A stretch of DNA of 64,000 bases. Source: Priapulus caudatus. Its lineage: Eukaryota. A program made the translations under genes and the position numbers. Under the pieces are notes generated by a model. That model worked only from the letters and a program-made list of their open reading frames with translations. It did no database searches and was not told where the DNA came from. Positions within the stretch are counted from its first letter, which is position 1, and every line of letters starts with the position of its first letter. Below, piece by piece: positions 52,030-63,457 of this stretch. The DNA lies in contig NW_014577085.1 in assembly GCF_000485595.1 (NCBI RefSeq), forward strand, positions 371,963 through 435,962, in the 5' to 3' direction.

Positions 52030-52380
52030 TACATAAGCTTATTCCAGAAATTAGGGAACTACACTTTCTCTAGTATAAGTACGCGGCCATATTGTCGCAT
52101 CCCATCATGCTCTTTGAATAAAGTGAATGAACATTATAAGCGGTGGCAAACTGCATGCAGTGACCCTTCCATAGAAATAGATAAACAACCTTTTCTATTT
52201 CTATCTATTTCTATCTATTTCTATGAATAGTTGTCTATCTATTTCTATGGCCCCTTCGCACACTCAGAATACCACGCGTAGATTGTGCCAGCGAGAGCGC
52301 CATCTGTCGTGGAGTTTGAAGCGGGCGCGCGGGACGTTTGGATACAAAATCCACGACAGATGGCGCTCTCGCTCTTGCTC
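52030..52380 (-). promoter_or_regulatory. Candidate BRF1 promoter / non-coding first exon
   Basis: The BRF1 ATG exon starts with an AG acceptor at 49217-49218, so a non-coding exon must lie upstream; here a YY1-like AATATGGCCGC (minus strand), a GTAAAT donor near 52032 and CpG-rich sequence at 52270-52380. Confidence 0.4.
52170..52249. mobile_element. 80-bp P-like MITE
   Basis: CATAGAAATAGATA / TATCTATTTCTATG TIRs; 8-bp TSD GACCCTTC/GCCCCTTC. Confidence 0.7.
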
Positions 52381-52424
52381 GAGTCAAGGAGCTAAAATCA
52401 AAAAGCTAAAATCATGCTTAAATC

Positions 52425-52770
52425 CACAGGCACTTGGACCGTTTCAATAATAAAATGATGGTTAATAAATACAACTTGTCAGTAGCCTACTACTACAGTA
52501 CCAGCAATAGTCTTAATGTTTGATTTGACCTAATAACTTCACTTCAACACCGTTCAATACACCGCTGCAACACATAGCCCGCACGCCATTGTGCATGCAC
52601 AAATACACAGTAGATAGGAATGTGTTGCAGCGGTGTATTGAACGGTGTTGAAGTGAAGTTATTAGGTCAAATCAAACATTAAGACTATTGCTGGTACTGT
52701 AGTAGTAGGCTACTGACAAGTTGTATTTATTAACCATCATTTTATTATTGAAACGGTCCAAGTGCCTGTG
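52425..52770. mobile_element. 346-bp near-perfect palindrome, P-like MITE
   Basis: CACAGGCACTTGGACCGTTTCAA termini, ~150-bp identical arms, perfect 8-bp TSD CTTAAATC. Confidence 0.9.
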
Positions 52771-52860
52771 CTTAAATCAACTATGATTATCACTATGATT
52801 TAAGTGCTCTGCGAGTATCCTGAGTTGTACTGCTACTTGTTGCTTGAGTTGCTGGTTGTG

Positions 52861-53118
52861 CGGCTCGCGTGATTTTTTTCCCTAGGATAATCAAGAACAT
52901 AGGGTCACAGGGCTCTTCTTGTGGCACTAGCCCGACCAGGCTGTGCGACCGATTGTCTATACTAACCCTAGCAATACCGTTTCTTGGAGCTATTGTGGCA
53001 CGTGATTTGTATCAACCACAGCGCTCACTAGAGCCCTATGAGTATGACTATCCTTCTTGATTATCCTTGTTATCTATTGTTCTTGATTATCCTAGGGAAA
53101 AAAATCACGCGCACGGCT
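52861..53118. mobile_element. Mutator-like MITE
   Basis: CGCGTGATTTTTTTCCCTAGGATAATCAAGAACA inverted repeats; 9-bp TSD CTGGTTGTG/CTGGTTGTA; CTAACCCTA and CACGTGATTTGTATCAACC shared with 51456-51856. Confidence 0.75.
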
Positions 53119-53158
53119 CTGGTTGTACAAAGGGGAGCTGCATGCAGTTTGGCTGAGA

Positions 53159-53465
53159 GGGTATATGTCCCCCAGGGTACTGCCGGAACGTACCCTGGTA
53201 CCAGAGCATATATAAATCAACGTGATTTATATGCTCTGCTGGTACTATCTAATATGCCGGACCGTACCTCACATACTCCACTAACGAGTCTAGGGAGTCG
53301 CCTACGCCTACTCCCTAACCCTAACCATATCAGATAGTTACCTCAGGTACATATATGTCACCTACGCCTACGCCTACTCCCTAACCCTAACCATATCAGA
53401 TAGTTACCAGGGTACCGGACCGTACCCAGGCTACGTTCCGGCAGTACCCTGGGGGACATAGACCC
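53159..53465. mobile_element. TIR MITE with CCCTAA repeats, family T1 copy 3 (inverted)
   Basis: Same TIRs as 4907-5130; internal duplication of CCTACGCCTACTCCCTAACCCTAACCATATCAGATAGTTACC. Confidence 0.8.
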
Positions 53466-54220
53466 TATGAGCTGCAGTTTGGTTTGGATAGTGTTTTTAT
53501 ATATCTACAATTGCATCGGATCGTGAAATATATGCCCCGATTTACAATGCAATGTTCGGGGTTGGCATGCACAAGTTCAGAAAGGATGGATAAGGTGGAG
53601 CGCGAGAGGTTTATCCGCGCACACTAGGCAGGCACTTACTTGAAGTAATGCTTCTAATCTTAACCACCCACATCTGAATACCACACTGTATCTATGATTC
53701 TATATACTAAACGCCCTGAACAACATTGCAAACCTGAACACACGTGCATGTAATGATGTATATTACCATGATATTGCAAGTATAGAGTATACTCCGTAAG
53801 TTACGGTATTTTAGTATCTACATTTTTTGCATTTTATTAGACACAATACTCAATAGTCAATACATCAAATAGAGAGCAGACTATACTTTTATTGATGAAC
53901 CAACGGTAATAAATTAGATCGTCGATCGTTGTAAACCTGGGTATACTAACTATACTTGAGAATTTTAAAATCAGATCAGATACAGACAACCAGCTGTAGT
54001 AATATACTATCATAAATGTGCCATACAAAAACCACTCACCCACCCCATCCAGATATAAGAAATGTGTGGAAGAGATGCAATTGAAGCATGTGTATAACAG
54101 TATTTAAAATGTAATGGTTATATAATTGTATGTAGTCTCTGGAAACTTGTATTAATAATGTGAACTCATATATCTCTGATATATTTATACACAGTTTAAT
54201 TATGATATATATCTTCATTT

Positions 54221-57200
54221 TCAGTTTTCATCTTCATCCCCATCCTCTTCAGCCTCGGCCTCCTCCTCAGCTCGCTCCTCTGCTTCTTGCTGGGCAGCCT
54301 TAAATGCAGCTTCCTCTTCCACGGATGGGTCTTCTATCTCAGTAAGTTCTTCCATCATAGGATGCTCCTGCCCCACAGGTGGCATTGCTGGTGGGCTGTA
54401 GTTGTACAGGCTGTACTTGTGACCAACTCCAATATAGATGTTTTCAAATTTTCTAGAAAACAGGTATTGACTATGAATAACAGTTGACGGGATAGAAATT
54501 CTAAGAAACTCAAGGGAAAGCATGGAAAGACCTCATGATCATTTCTATGCTGTATATTATCAAGAGTGCATAATAGAGATCTCTATTATGCACTCTTGAT
54601 ATTATTACATCACCGTGCATTCCCTATATTGCATGCCCACCTATTTGCAGTTCATTTACATGAGTGTACACTGTACACCTAAGAATGTATAGTGATGTCT
54701 CTGTAATATTACATATAGCCAATTGCTGTAAGAAATGCAATCTTTGTTTTCAACTTCAATGACTTAAAAAGTTAGAATAAGTCAGGATATTTGCTAGGTT
54801 ACTCGTGATGAAATAGGTAATCTTGCTTAGAATAAATTTGAACAATATATGGTTTTGTTATTAAGTATTAACCTTCCAGCTGCAACTGTTGCAGCCCCAG
54901 GCCAAAGGTTTGATCTCACCACAGCCAATGCAAACTGTGGGAAGTAGTTCGAAGAAAGTTGTGTGCTCCATGGTGCAATATGAGCAATTTCTGTAAGAAC
55001 AAATGTGAAATAATATATTCTAGCACTGCAATATCGTGGTCGGTAAATTGTTTAAATTTTCAACATTTTTATGCGATATGAATTATTGTGTACGTGACAC
55101 TGCATCAACACTCAACAGACTAAATTCAAAGATAGTATACTGTAGAAATAACAGTTCTGATGATGGATTAACAAAAATTCTAATAGGACATAAGCTGGTC
55201 GATGAAGTGATGCTGTAACCAGGTAGACTGTGACACGAATTTTTCATACGTACCAGCATCTTCAGCGAGTGGGGTGAGAAGAGGTGGTCCTGCTTCTGGA
55301 ATGGGAGCATCTGTCTCTTCTGCCTCATCATCAAAATTCTCCTCATCCAGTTCTTCACTATCCTTCTTGAATGGGTTGTACCATTTACAGCGACCCTTAA
55401 ACCCACGGATATATATACAACCAGCTGTTGCAAAGTCTATTTAACATTACTATCGCTGAATACCAAATGCTCAAGAACAGAACATTAGCCAACCTCTAAA
55501 AACAGGCAACAAAAAAGAAGGCTATTTCATGGCGCATGTTAGGTGTATTGATCACCTGTTTATGATCATATCAACAAGACATGCAGCAACTCCTTGTGTT
55601 ATAAGCAGCTACTCAAAAAATAACAGCTACCTGTGGCAGTATGTGCTGGACATGGTGAACCCAGTTAGCCATGTTGCTATCAGCCAAGTCCTTAACAGGG
55701 ATTGGTTCAAACTCCAAGTTCTCAACATAAGTATCACGTGCTGTTGAGGATATCAAAAAGACTATATTTGGCTAGCATTTTTACTCTTGATATTATTCTC
55801 ACTAAAAAATCATTTGGATTTTAGTATGATTTTGATTTGGATCATTTATTTTAAAAAGTAATGTAAATGTACTCAGTTAAGCATAGCAATATGTCAACCT
55901 CTGTGCCTAATTACTTCTTTATTTGTTAATTGTTAGAAGTAATTCAACGCAAATGTAATATATTCATCACCATCCGTTTCTTCTTGCTCTTCTTCTTCTT
56001 CATCAAAGTGATAGAAACCAAGAGGAGAAATCTGTGTGGCAGCACTAATGCGAGCTATCTGTGCTCTCAAATAGTTTGCTTCATTGCCAGGAAATACAGG
56101 ATAGCTGTTTACCTGTAAATGGATATAGTAGATTGTCACATTCACAGTGAGGAATAAAAAAATTCCTTAAAGAGAATGCATGTTGACACGACATGGAGCC
56201 TGCTGGAGGGTTTTTGGATGACCCGTGCTCCCCTAAGAGCTACAGTTTGAGTAAATAGTAAGTGTATATATAAGCAAAGAAAAAATGCTTTCACGATGTG
56301 AAACTCATTATTTTTCAGGCACTAACTCAAGAATTTAAGTTTCCCATTGGAACGAGTGCAAGAATAAGTATATACCGGGGCATCTAGGTGTCCTGTGAAT
56401 AGCTTTCTAATCATTCGTGCAGCCACCATTTGGGCTGGAGTGACAGGAGGGAGTCTGGTCCATGGCATACCAGCTGTGTAACAAATAAACTAATTTTAAT
56501 GATTTCGCAGTGCACACACGCTTCATATACTCATTGATATAATATATCTACAAACTAACAACAAACATGCCTTCTATAGTATTTGAATAACTAAAGGAAA
56601 TATCTTTTCAGATGTATACTTATTTTAAAAAAGTGGGGCACTATACCAAATTTATAGTTTACATAGTATTTGTCCTTAAGAGACTTATTAATGACAGTAT
56701 ATTCAGATGCTTGACTCACGTTCTGTGCAGACAAAATAGATCTTTTTGTTGCACCCAACACCATTCTCCTCACGTGGGATAACAGGGGATGGGTTGTAGT
56801 CTGGCTTTGGAATAGCATCGTCATCCTGATCATCGCCTATGTTCAGCCCACATACATATACATAGATATTTCATAATGATACATAATGATGATTCATAAT
56901 TATAATAATAATAACACAGATGCCTGCTTGATAGGCAGTTGTGTCATACATTCCAGTACACTGAACAGCAATCACTTTTAAGTAGTCCTAAAACAACTAT
57001 GTTATCATTATCAATCCAAAGGTACAATTTACACAGTGCAAATAAGTAATTTTACGTATTTTGTTTACTTGAATTAATTAATGAAATTCATACAAATGCA
57101 CCAAAGAGAGGAAGAGAAACACAGGAAGAAGGAGAGAGAAGAGGAGAGATCTATACACATGGCAGAATAATGCTACAATCGAACCTGTGTTAGTGGAAAC

Positions 57201-60200
57201 CTCTATTTTACCCTCCTGTTTTTAGAGGACACTTGGTGTTTCTTATAAGTGACAGTTATACAGCAAAAACGCCTGTATAAAACACGAAACTGTCTGTAGA
57301 AGAGGAAGACTTGGGAGTTTTCCTTGACTGACCATTATCTACCCCTAAACAGGGTCTCTGTTAGAGCCAGGACACCCAGACTTGTACTCGCCTATGTTAA
57401 TTATGGTCTCGACTCCTGGCAATTCAGCCTATCAATTATTGGCTTATGGCTGCAACGTTGGCTGCCCTCTCATTAGTACCTGATATTCTTACCGTACACA
57501 TCCCTGCCCCTTATTATTTGAGCAAAAACCATGCTTTTAGACTGTATAGTATTGTATTGATGTTAACTCTCTATAAGCACTAGGATTTTCCTAAGGCATT
57601 TAAAACATGTCAGTTTCAACATGCCTTCAAAGCTGATGCTAATTTTAGACATCCTATAAATCCTTAATTGCTTAATCGTCATGTCTTAATTTCCAGCTGT
57701 TTACTTTTGACAATCCCAACACGGTCATGCTGTGTTTTCATCACTTGATGTATACATCTCTGAACTAACCGAGTTTACTTCTGTATCAGGGCTACTTATT
57801 ACACATGTAATTCACCTCAACTTCTACAACCCCTTCTAGGGCCCTCCCTCATCTGTCTATATGTATGCCTCCTTTAAATTCCTGGAGAGAACCCCGAGCA
57901 CTATTACGAAGATGAATACCTCCAGCATCTGAATCACGTTCACCATTGCCTTCCTCAACATCATCCTACAAATAGATGTATTAAACAGAGTGTATATGAT
58001 TTGCATATTAACTATTCATAGCAAGAACATTTCTACTTATCCATATTGTATTCATCCATTTAAGCATTCCACCAGAGATTGAACTTCTCTATTGCTTCAT
58101 TATACACAGAAAACTATTCAAAAGAATAAACTGCAGAAAGTGAGTATACTTTCTCTATTGGCTCAATGTCTTCTCCATCCCTTGGTTCTGCTTCAGCCAC
58201 AATATAACTCTGCTGCACTCCTAAAATCTTGCCCCAGAACCTGCCATCATGATAATAACAGTTATTACATAAGCAGAAGTGCCAACATGTTAGTGTACGC
58301 ATTAAGAGCCATTGACACTATATTCATTGTTTCTTGCTGTGTTTTCATAAAATAAATTTGATCATTACCAGACAATGATGAGTTATTTCTACAGCTCGGC
58401 GCTCGCACTACCTGATATGCTGAATGGGCTGTGTTTCAAGCAGCTGCTTGAGGGCCAGAAATATTCTGTACGTTTCCTCTCTGCTGAAGCCAATACCAGC
58501 TTGCTCAAACATGAATGCAGACTCCATAAGGTTGCCGAGTGGAGCTCCCAGCTCATCATCATGTCCATCATGCAATTCGAGCTCATCTGGTTTCTAGCAA
58601 TTCCATTTTTATTACCATGTACATCATTAATGAATTTTCTTGTGTTTTCAAAATTTGACATGTGAAATACATATAATACATGTATTTTTTGACATTATAT
58701 TTACAATATCTCTAATCTGCAACACTTGATCCTATATGCTCTTGATCCTATACAACCAATTAGTTTTAAAGCTATAACTTACAGTGAAAAGTTTTTTATG
58801 CGTTTCAGCTATTTCAACCTCTGTAGAGTCCTCATTTTTGTCTTGTAAAACGTCACTTTCTGGATTAAAAGCAGTTTTCTTTACATCCTTGCTTATATCC
58901 TCAAAACTGTCACCAGCATTTTTCGGCCTCTCGTCGAGAACTTTTGTTAGTACTTTACACAGATGATCATATCTGGCAAAAAATAATCAGTTATGAATTT
59001 GTAAATACTTTACATACATTACACATTATTAGACTGCGACTATTTCTCCATGCTCTGCACAATGTAAAATTGTAAGAGTAACACTAACTCAATGATGGAC
59101 AGCAATGCCAATGCGATGGCAATGGGTCATGCCAGAGGCAGAGAGACAGAGGCGAGGGTTATTTAAAGGCTGTGGCTACGGGTACGGGCAGCCGTATCTT
59201 AATGTCTCGAGGCTGGAGGTACGGCAGTCCATTCGCTTTCATACTTAACAAGACAAAGATGGCGGCGGGTGGCGCCAGATTTCGAAATAACGCCTTGGGA
59301 AATAAATTCATGATCTGAGAGTTTAGATGAGCTAGAACCCTAACCCTAACCCTAACCCAAACGCCAAAGGGGCTTCAACGAACGACGGCTGCCTTACCTC
59401 CAGCCACTGCGCTATTTAAATGACAATCAATGAATAATGTTGTGGTTCTGGTGTAAATGCCTGTTTCTTTGCAGCACTGCCAGCAGTGAGTATTTTATTG
59501 TAATAACAGTAGACTAGTAACGACTAAAGACTCGAAGAAACATAGCTCCTATAGTCCTACTCCCAGTAGTAGGCCTACTTCGGACAACAGTGTCAGTGTG
59601 ACACTGTCAACACTCGGTAGGCTCTATTCAATAAGTACTTGTCAGCTAATACTAGTAATAGTAATAGTAATAGAAATACTAATTACTAGTAGTAGTAAAT
59701 AAGTAATAGCTAGGTGTCATGGGCTATTGTCGAAGTTTTAGCCCGACCGGGATGCGAAATTTTTTTTCCCACTGGAGTTCCGGTCCCCAATCTTTCCACA
59801 GCCAATCAGCGCACTCCATTCACTCGACTTCGCTCTTATTTAGCATATGTCATATGTGTGATTTTCAAGAACCCTGTATAGCCGAGCAGGTAGCGCGCCG
59901 GCGTTACCACTCAACGGGCATTGGTTCGAATCCCGTGTTTTTTAATTATTTTCCTGTTTTCTGTATTTGTCTATCTTTATCTAACTATTGAGTATTGTTT
60001 TCCAATCTATCTTTATCTAAATTTTTAAGCTATTGTTGTTTCAATTAACGCAAATATTTACATGATTTATTTATAACAATTAATTATAAATGTTTTTTTT
60101 ATTAATTAAAAAGGCAGTGGCTACGGTACGCCAGCCGTATCTTAATGTCTCGAGGCTACGGTACGCCAGTCCATTCGCTTTCATACTTAACGAGACAAAG

Positions 60201-61716
60201 ATGGCGGCGGTCGCGCCAGATTTCGAAAATAACGCCTTGGGAAATAAATTCACGATTTGAGAGTTTAGTATGAGCAAGAACCCTAACCTAACCCTAAACC
60301 TACCCTAACCATAACCCTATACCCTAATCTAACCCTAACCCTTAACCCTAACGCAAAAAAAGGGGCTTGAACGACCGATCGGCTGGCGTACCTCCAGCCA
60401 CTGCGTTAATTAAATTTAATAGTGTTAATTAAATTTAATTAGGGTTAGGGTTAGGGTCCGGAACTGCAGTGGGGAAAAAAATTTCGCGAAGGGGCTCCCC
60501 TCTATACTAACGCCGACGTTACGCTCAACGGCTCTAGACTCTACGACTGCTATACGTATTCGTAGTCGTAAGTGAAAAATGGCAATGTTACTGTTAGTTG
60601 TTAGCATGTTACTGTCTGATTCAATATCAATGACTTTGTCAATGACAATGCCAATTGCCACGCCACGGTAGGGGGCCTAGTCGGACTCAGTCTTGTCGGT
60701 ACACTACACCGTCACCGTACGCGGTACGGTAACAAAGTACTTTACAAACTCAAGTTGGTATCAAAGTGATAGGAGATGATGTCCAGTACTGTGATTGGAT
60801 AGGATGATGTTAGTTGATAAGATAGGACTGGACATCTTCTCTATCCCTGGGCCGTGTGAGTGCTCACACTCACATTCACACTCACACTCACAGTCACACT
60901 CNNNNNNNNNNNNTTACGTGCAAATATTTACATGATTTATATTTATAAACAATTTAATTAAAATGTTTTTTTTATTTAATTAAAGGCCAGTGGCTACGGG
61001 TACCGCCAGCCGTATCTTAATTCTCGAGGTACGGGTACGCCAGCTCCCATTCGCTTTCATACTTAACGAGACAAACGATGGACGGCCGGTCGGCGCCAGA
61101 TTTCGAAATACTATCAACGCCTTGTGGATAACCTAAATTCACGACTCCTGACAGAGTCTTTTACTCGTCATATAGTCTCCAAGAACCCTAACCCTGATAC
61201 CCTTTAAACTAACCCTAACCATTAACCCAAGACCCTAATCCTAACCCTAACCCTAACCTAACGCATAAAATATGCTGGCGTCTTCGGAACGACCGCTATC
61301 GTTGCTGTTGACGTACTCCCCAGCCTCTGCTTGGGCGGTTTTTATTTAAATTTCGATTTAATACCATGGAGTGGTGCTCAATTAAATTTTCACTACTTAG
61401 CTGGCTTAGGTGTAGGGTCCGCGAATAACTGCTTCCTCTTCTTAGTGCTCGTGGAAAAATTTTCTCTCTGTACGGTGATTGGATAGGATGATGTTAGTTG
61501 ATAAGATAGGACTGGACATCTTCTCTATCCCTGGGCCGTGTGAGTGCTCACACTCACATTCACACTCACAGTCACACTCACAGTCACACTCACACTGTAC
61601 ACAGTACACTAACAACTAAACAAGTGTTTATCTGAGCTTAAGTTAACTCACAGGTTTGACTGTAACAAATATGCTTTAGCATTTACAAAATCTTCTTCCT
61701 GCACTTGACCTGACAT
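54221..61716 (-). CDS. RSPH4A: Radial spoke head protein 4/6 homolog (RSPH4A/RSPH6A family)
   Basis: Exons (minus): 61652-61716 (MSGQ...[11 protein letters not shown]), 58783-58972 (YDHL...VLDERP), 58412-58593 (FEQAGIG...IFLALKQL), 58150-58240 (RFWGKILG), 57920-57965, 56720-56836 (NKKIYFVC), 56376-56473 ([11 protein letters not shown]), 55971-56112 ([31 protein letters not shown]), 55631-55740 ([12 protein letters not shown]), 55254-55395 (GPPLLTPL), 54873-54990 (RSNLWPGA), 54221-54452 (FENIYIG, acidic tail, stop). Confidence 0.93.
54561..54598. mobile_element. 38-bp perfect palindrome with 7-bp TSD
   Basis: CAAGAGTGCATAATAGAGATCTCTATTATGCACTCTTG flanked by ATATTAT on both sides. Confidence 0.75.
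59168..59411. mobile_element. TIR MITE with (CCCTAA)n, family T2 copy 1
   Basis: GGCTGTGGCT..GGTAC..CAGCCG / CGGCTGCCTTACCTCCAGCCACTGCG; TSD TTATTTAAA/CTATTTAAA. Confidence 0.8.
59754..60487. mobile_element. TIR element with tRNA-like head and (TTAGGG)3, containing a nested T2 MITE
   Basis: GCGAAATTTTTTTTCCCACTGGAGTTCCGG / CCGGAACTGCAGTGGGGAAAAAAATTTCGC; A-box TAGCCGAGCAGG and B-box GGTTCGAATCCC at 59879-59933. Confidence 0.75.
60113..60405. mobile_element. TIR MITE with (CCCTAA)n, family T2 copy 2 (nested)
   Basis: Homologous to 59168-59411 with a longer telomeric tract (about 12 units); TTAATTAAA on both sides. Confidence 0.8.
60915..61592. repeat. Indel-noisy duplicate of 60050-60901 across an N gap (includes T2 copy 3)
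   Basis: Same T2 MITE and same GTGATTGGATAGGATGATG...CACACTCACA block repeated; probably an assembly or haplotype artefact. Confidence 0.7.
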
Positions 61717-62195
61717 GTTCCTTTGCTGACTTAGACTAATTTTATGGACATTTTACGGATATTGTATCTCCCGAACGTTAGCGTCTGTGTAATTGCCATG
61801 GAGATGAGCGTGACCTCATCATCTGCACATGTTTTGATGACGTAGAACACACGTAATTACAAGATGGAGCGGTTGTGCGATACTAACTGTATACTCTCGT
61901 TTAAGTTTTTGTATCAGTCGGGTTAACGTGTTCATGTATTTGTGCTTGCTATAGTTAATAGAAAAGTTAAATTATGTGCAGGACAGTTAATCGTAGTATT
62001 TTACGATTTAATGAAGCTTAATAATAGTACAATCCACTCGAGACATGGTGACACTGTCACTGTCACTGATACTGATACGGAGTGATAGTGATACCGATGG
62101 AGGACTGACCGAGTTTGAGAGTGCGATAGTAGTTTGCAACCTCTCAGTCACACGGCACTTTAATTGTTCTTGTGACTGTAAGTAACTATAAGAAT

Positions 62196-63345
62196 CACAG
62201 GCACTTGAAGCGTTTCAATAAAATATAATGCTAAATAAATACGATATCTAACCGGTATTTACTACCAAATTCTTATTAATATTATGTTTCTATACAGTAT
62301 ACTCTCTTTCACCTATTATTGCCGACAGTTTCCTGTAAATTCCGTCCAATTCCTATGTGCAACAAACACTGACTGCCGCCATTCCTCACGTGGCTGCAAT
62401 GTGCAAACTGACACTTATATATTTATATATATAGCAGGTAGGAGAGCGGGATCGCAAAATTCGCTCGACGCTCGCTTGATTTTACACTTTCACAGCACGA
62501 ATACACATCCAACAGCTTCCATCTTTGTTTCTCTTTCAAGAACAGTGTTCACTTGTTATAAAAACATACTGTCTCTGTTCGTAACCAAGCTGTGTCACGC
62601 GAAATCACACAAAGACTGACGAAATTCTTGCGTTTGCGAACCTTGCCCAGTAAATGTAAATGGCTGTCAGAATCAGGAAACACCCACTGGCGCTCTTCGT
62701 GACCTCATTCTTGCGCCGCAACGCTGCAACGTTTTTCCAACGCTACAATGGTGAGGCTCGTACGGGAGTTGGAAGCAGTGCGCCGCCTGCGCGCCGCCTA
62801 TAGCCCATAGACTGGCACTCGCTCCCATCTTTCGGCGTAGCTTAGTTACTCGATGGGTAATCGGGGTGGGAGCGAGTACCAGTCTATATAGCCCTGTACT
62901 TGCAGCCATTTACATTTACTGGGCATGGTTAGCGAACGCGAGAATTTCGTCAGTCTTTGTGTGATTTCGCGTGACGCAGCTTGGTTACGAACAGAGACAG
63001 TATGTTTTTATAACAAGTAAACACTGTTCTTGAAAGAGAAACGAAGATGGAAGCTGTTGGATGTGTATTCGTGCTGTGAAAGTGTGAAATCAAGCAAGCG
63101 TCAAGCGAATTTTGCGATCCCGCTTTCCTACCTGCTATATATATAAGTGTGAGTGTGCACACTGCAGCCACGTGAGGAATGGCGGCAGTCAGTGTTTGTT
63201 GCACATAGGATTTGGACGGAATTTACAGGAAACTGTTGGCAATAATAGGTGAAAGAGAGTATAGAAACATAATAAGAATTTGGTAGTAAATAGATTTCGT
63301 ATTTATTTAGCATTATAATTTATTGAAACGCTTCAAGTGCCTGTG
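62196..63345. mobile_element. 1.15-kb foldback element with ~470-bp arms, P-like
   Basis: CACAGGCACTTGAAGCGTTTCAATAAA termini; flanks ATAAGAAT/ATAATGAAT; mirrored ORFs 62284-62619 (+) and 62950-63204 (-) reflect the arms. Confidence 0.9.
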
Positions 63346-63457
63346 ATAATGAATTACACGTCGTAGTACATTCGGTCTATCGACACCCTGCCCCAAACGC
63401 TCACTAATCAAATCGACATACACTTTTAGAGACAGTCGTGTTTGTTTTGGTAATGAC

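Noticed and set aside
59876..59935. Bona fide tRNA gene (also 41361-41420)
   Set aside because: A/B boxes are present but I could not fold a convincing acceptor and anticodon stem; treated as tRNA-derived cargo. tRNAscan-SE would settle it.
62196..63345. RAG/Transib RSS-like CACAG termini
   Set aside because: Ends are CACAGGC rather than CACAGTG, no nonamer is seen, and TSDs in this family are 8 bp rather than 5 bp.
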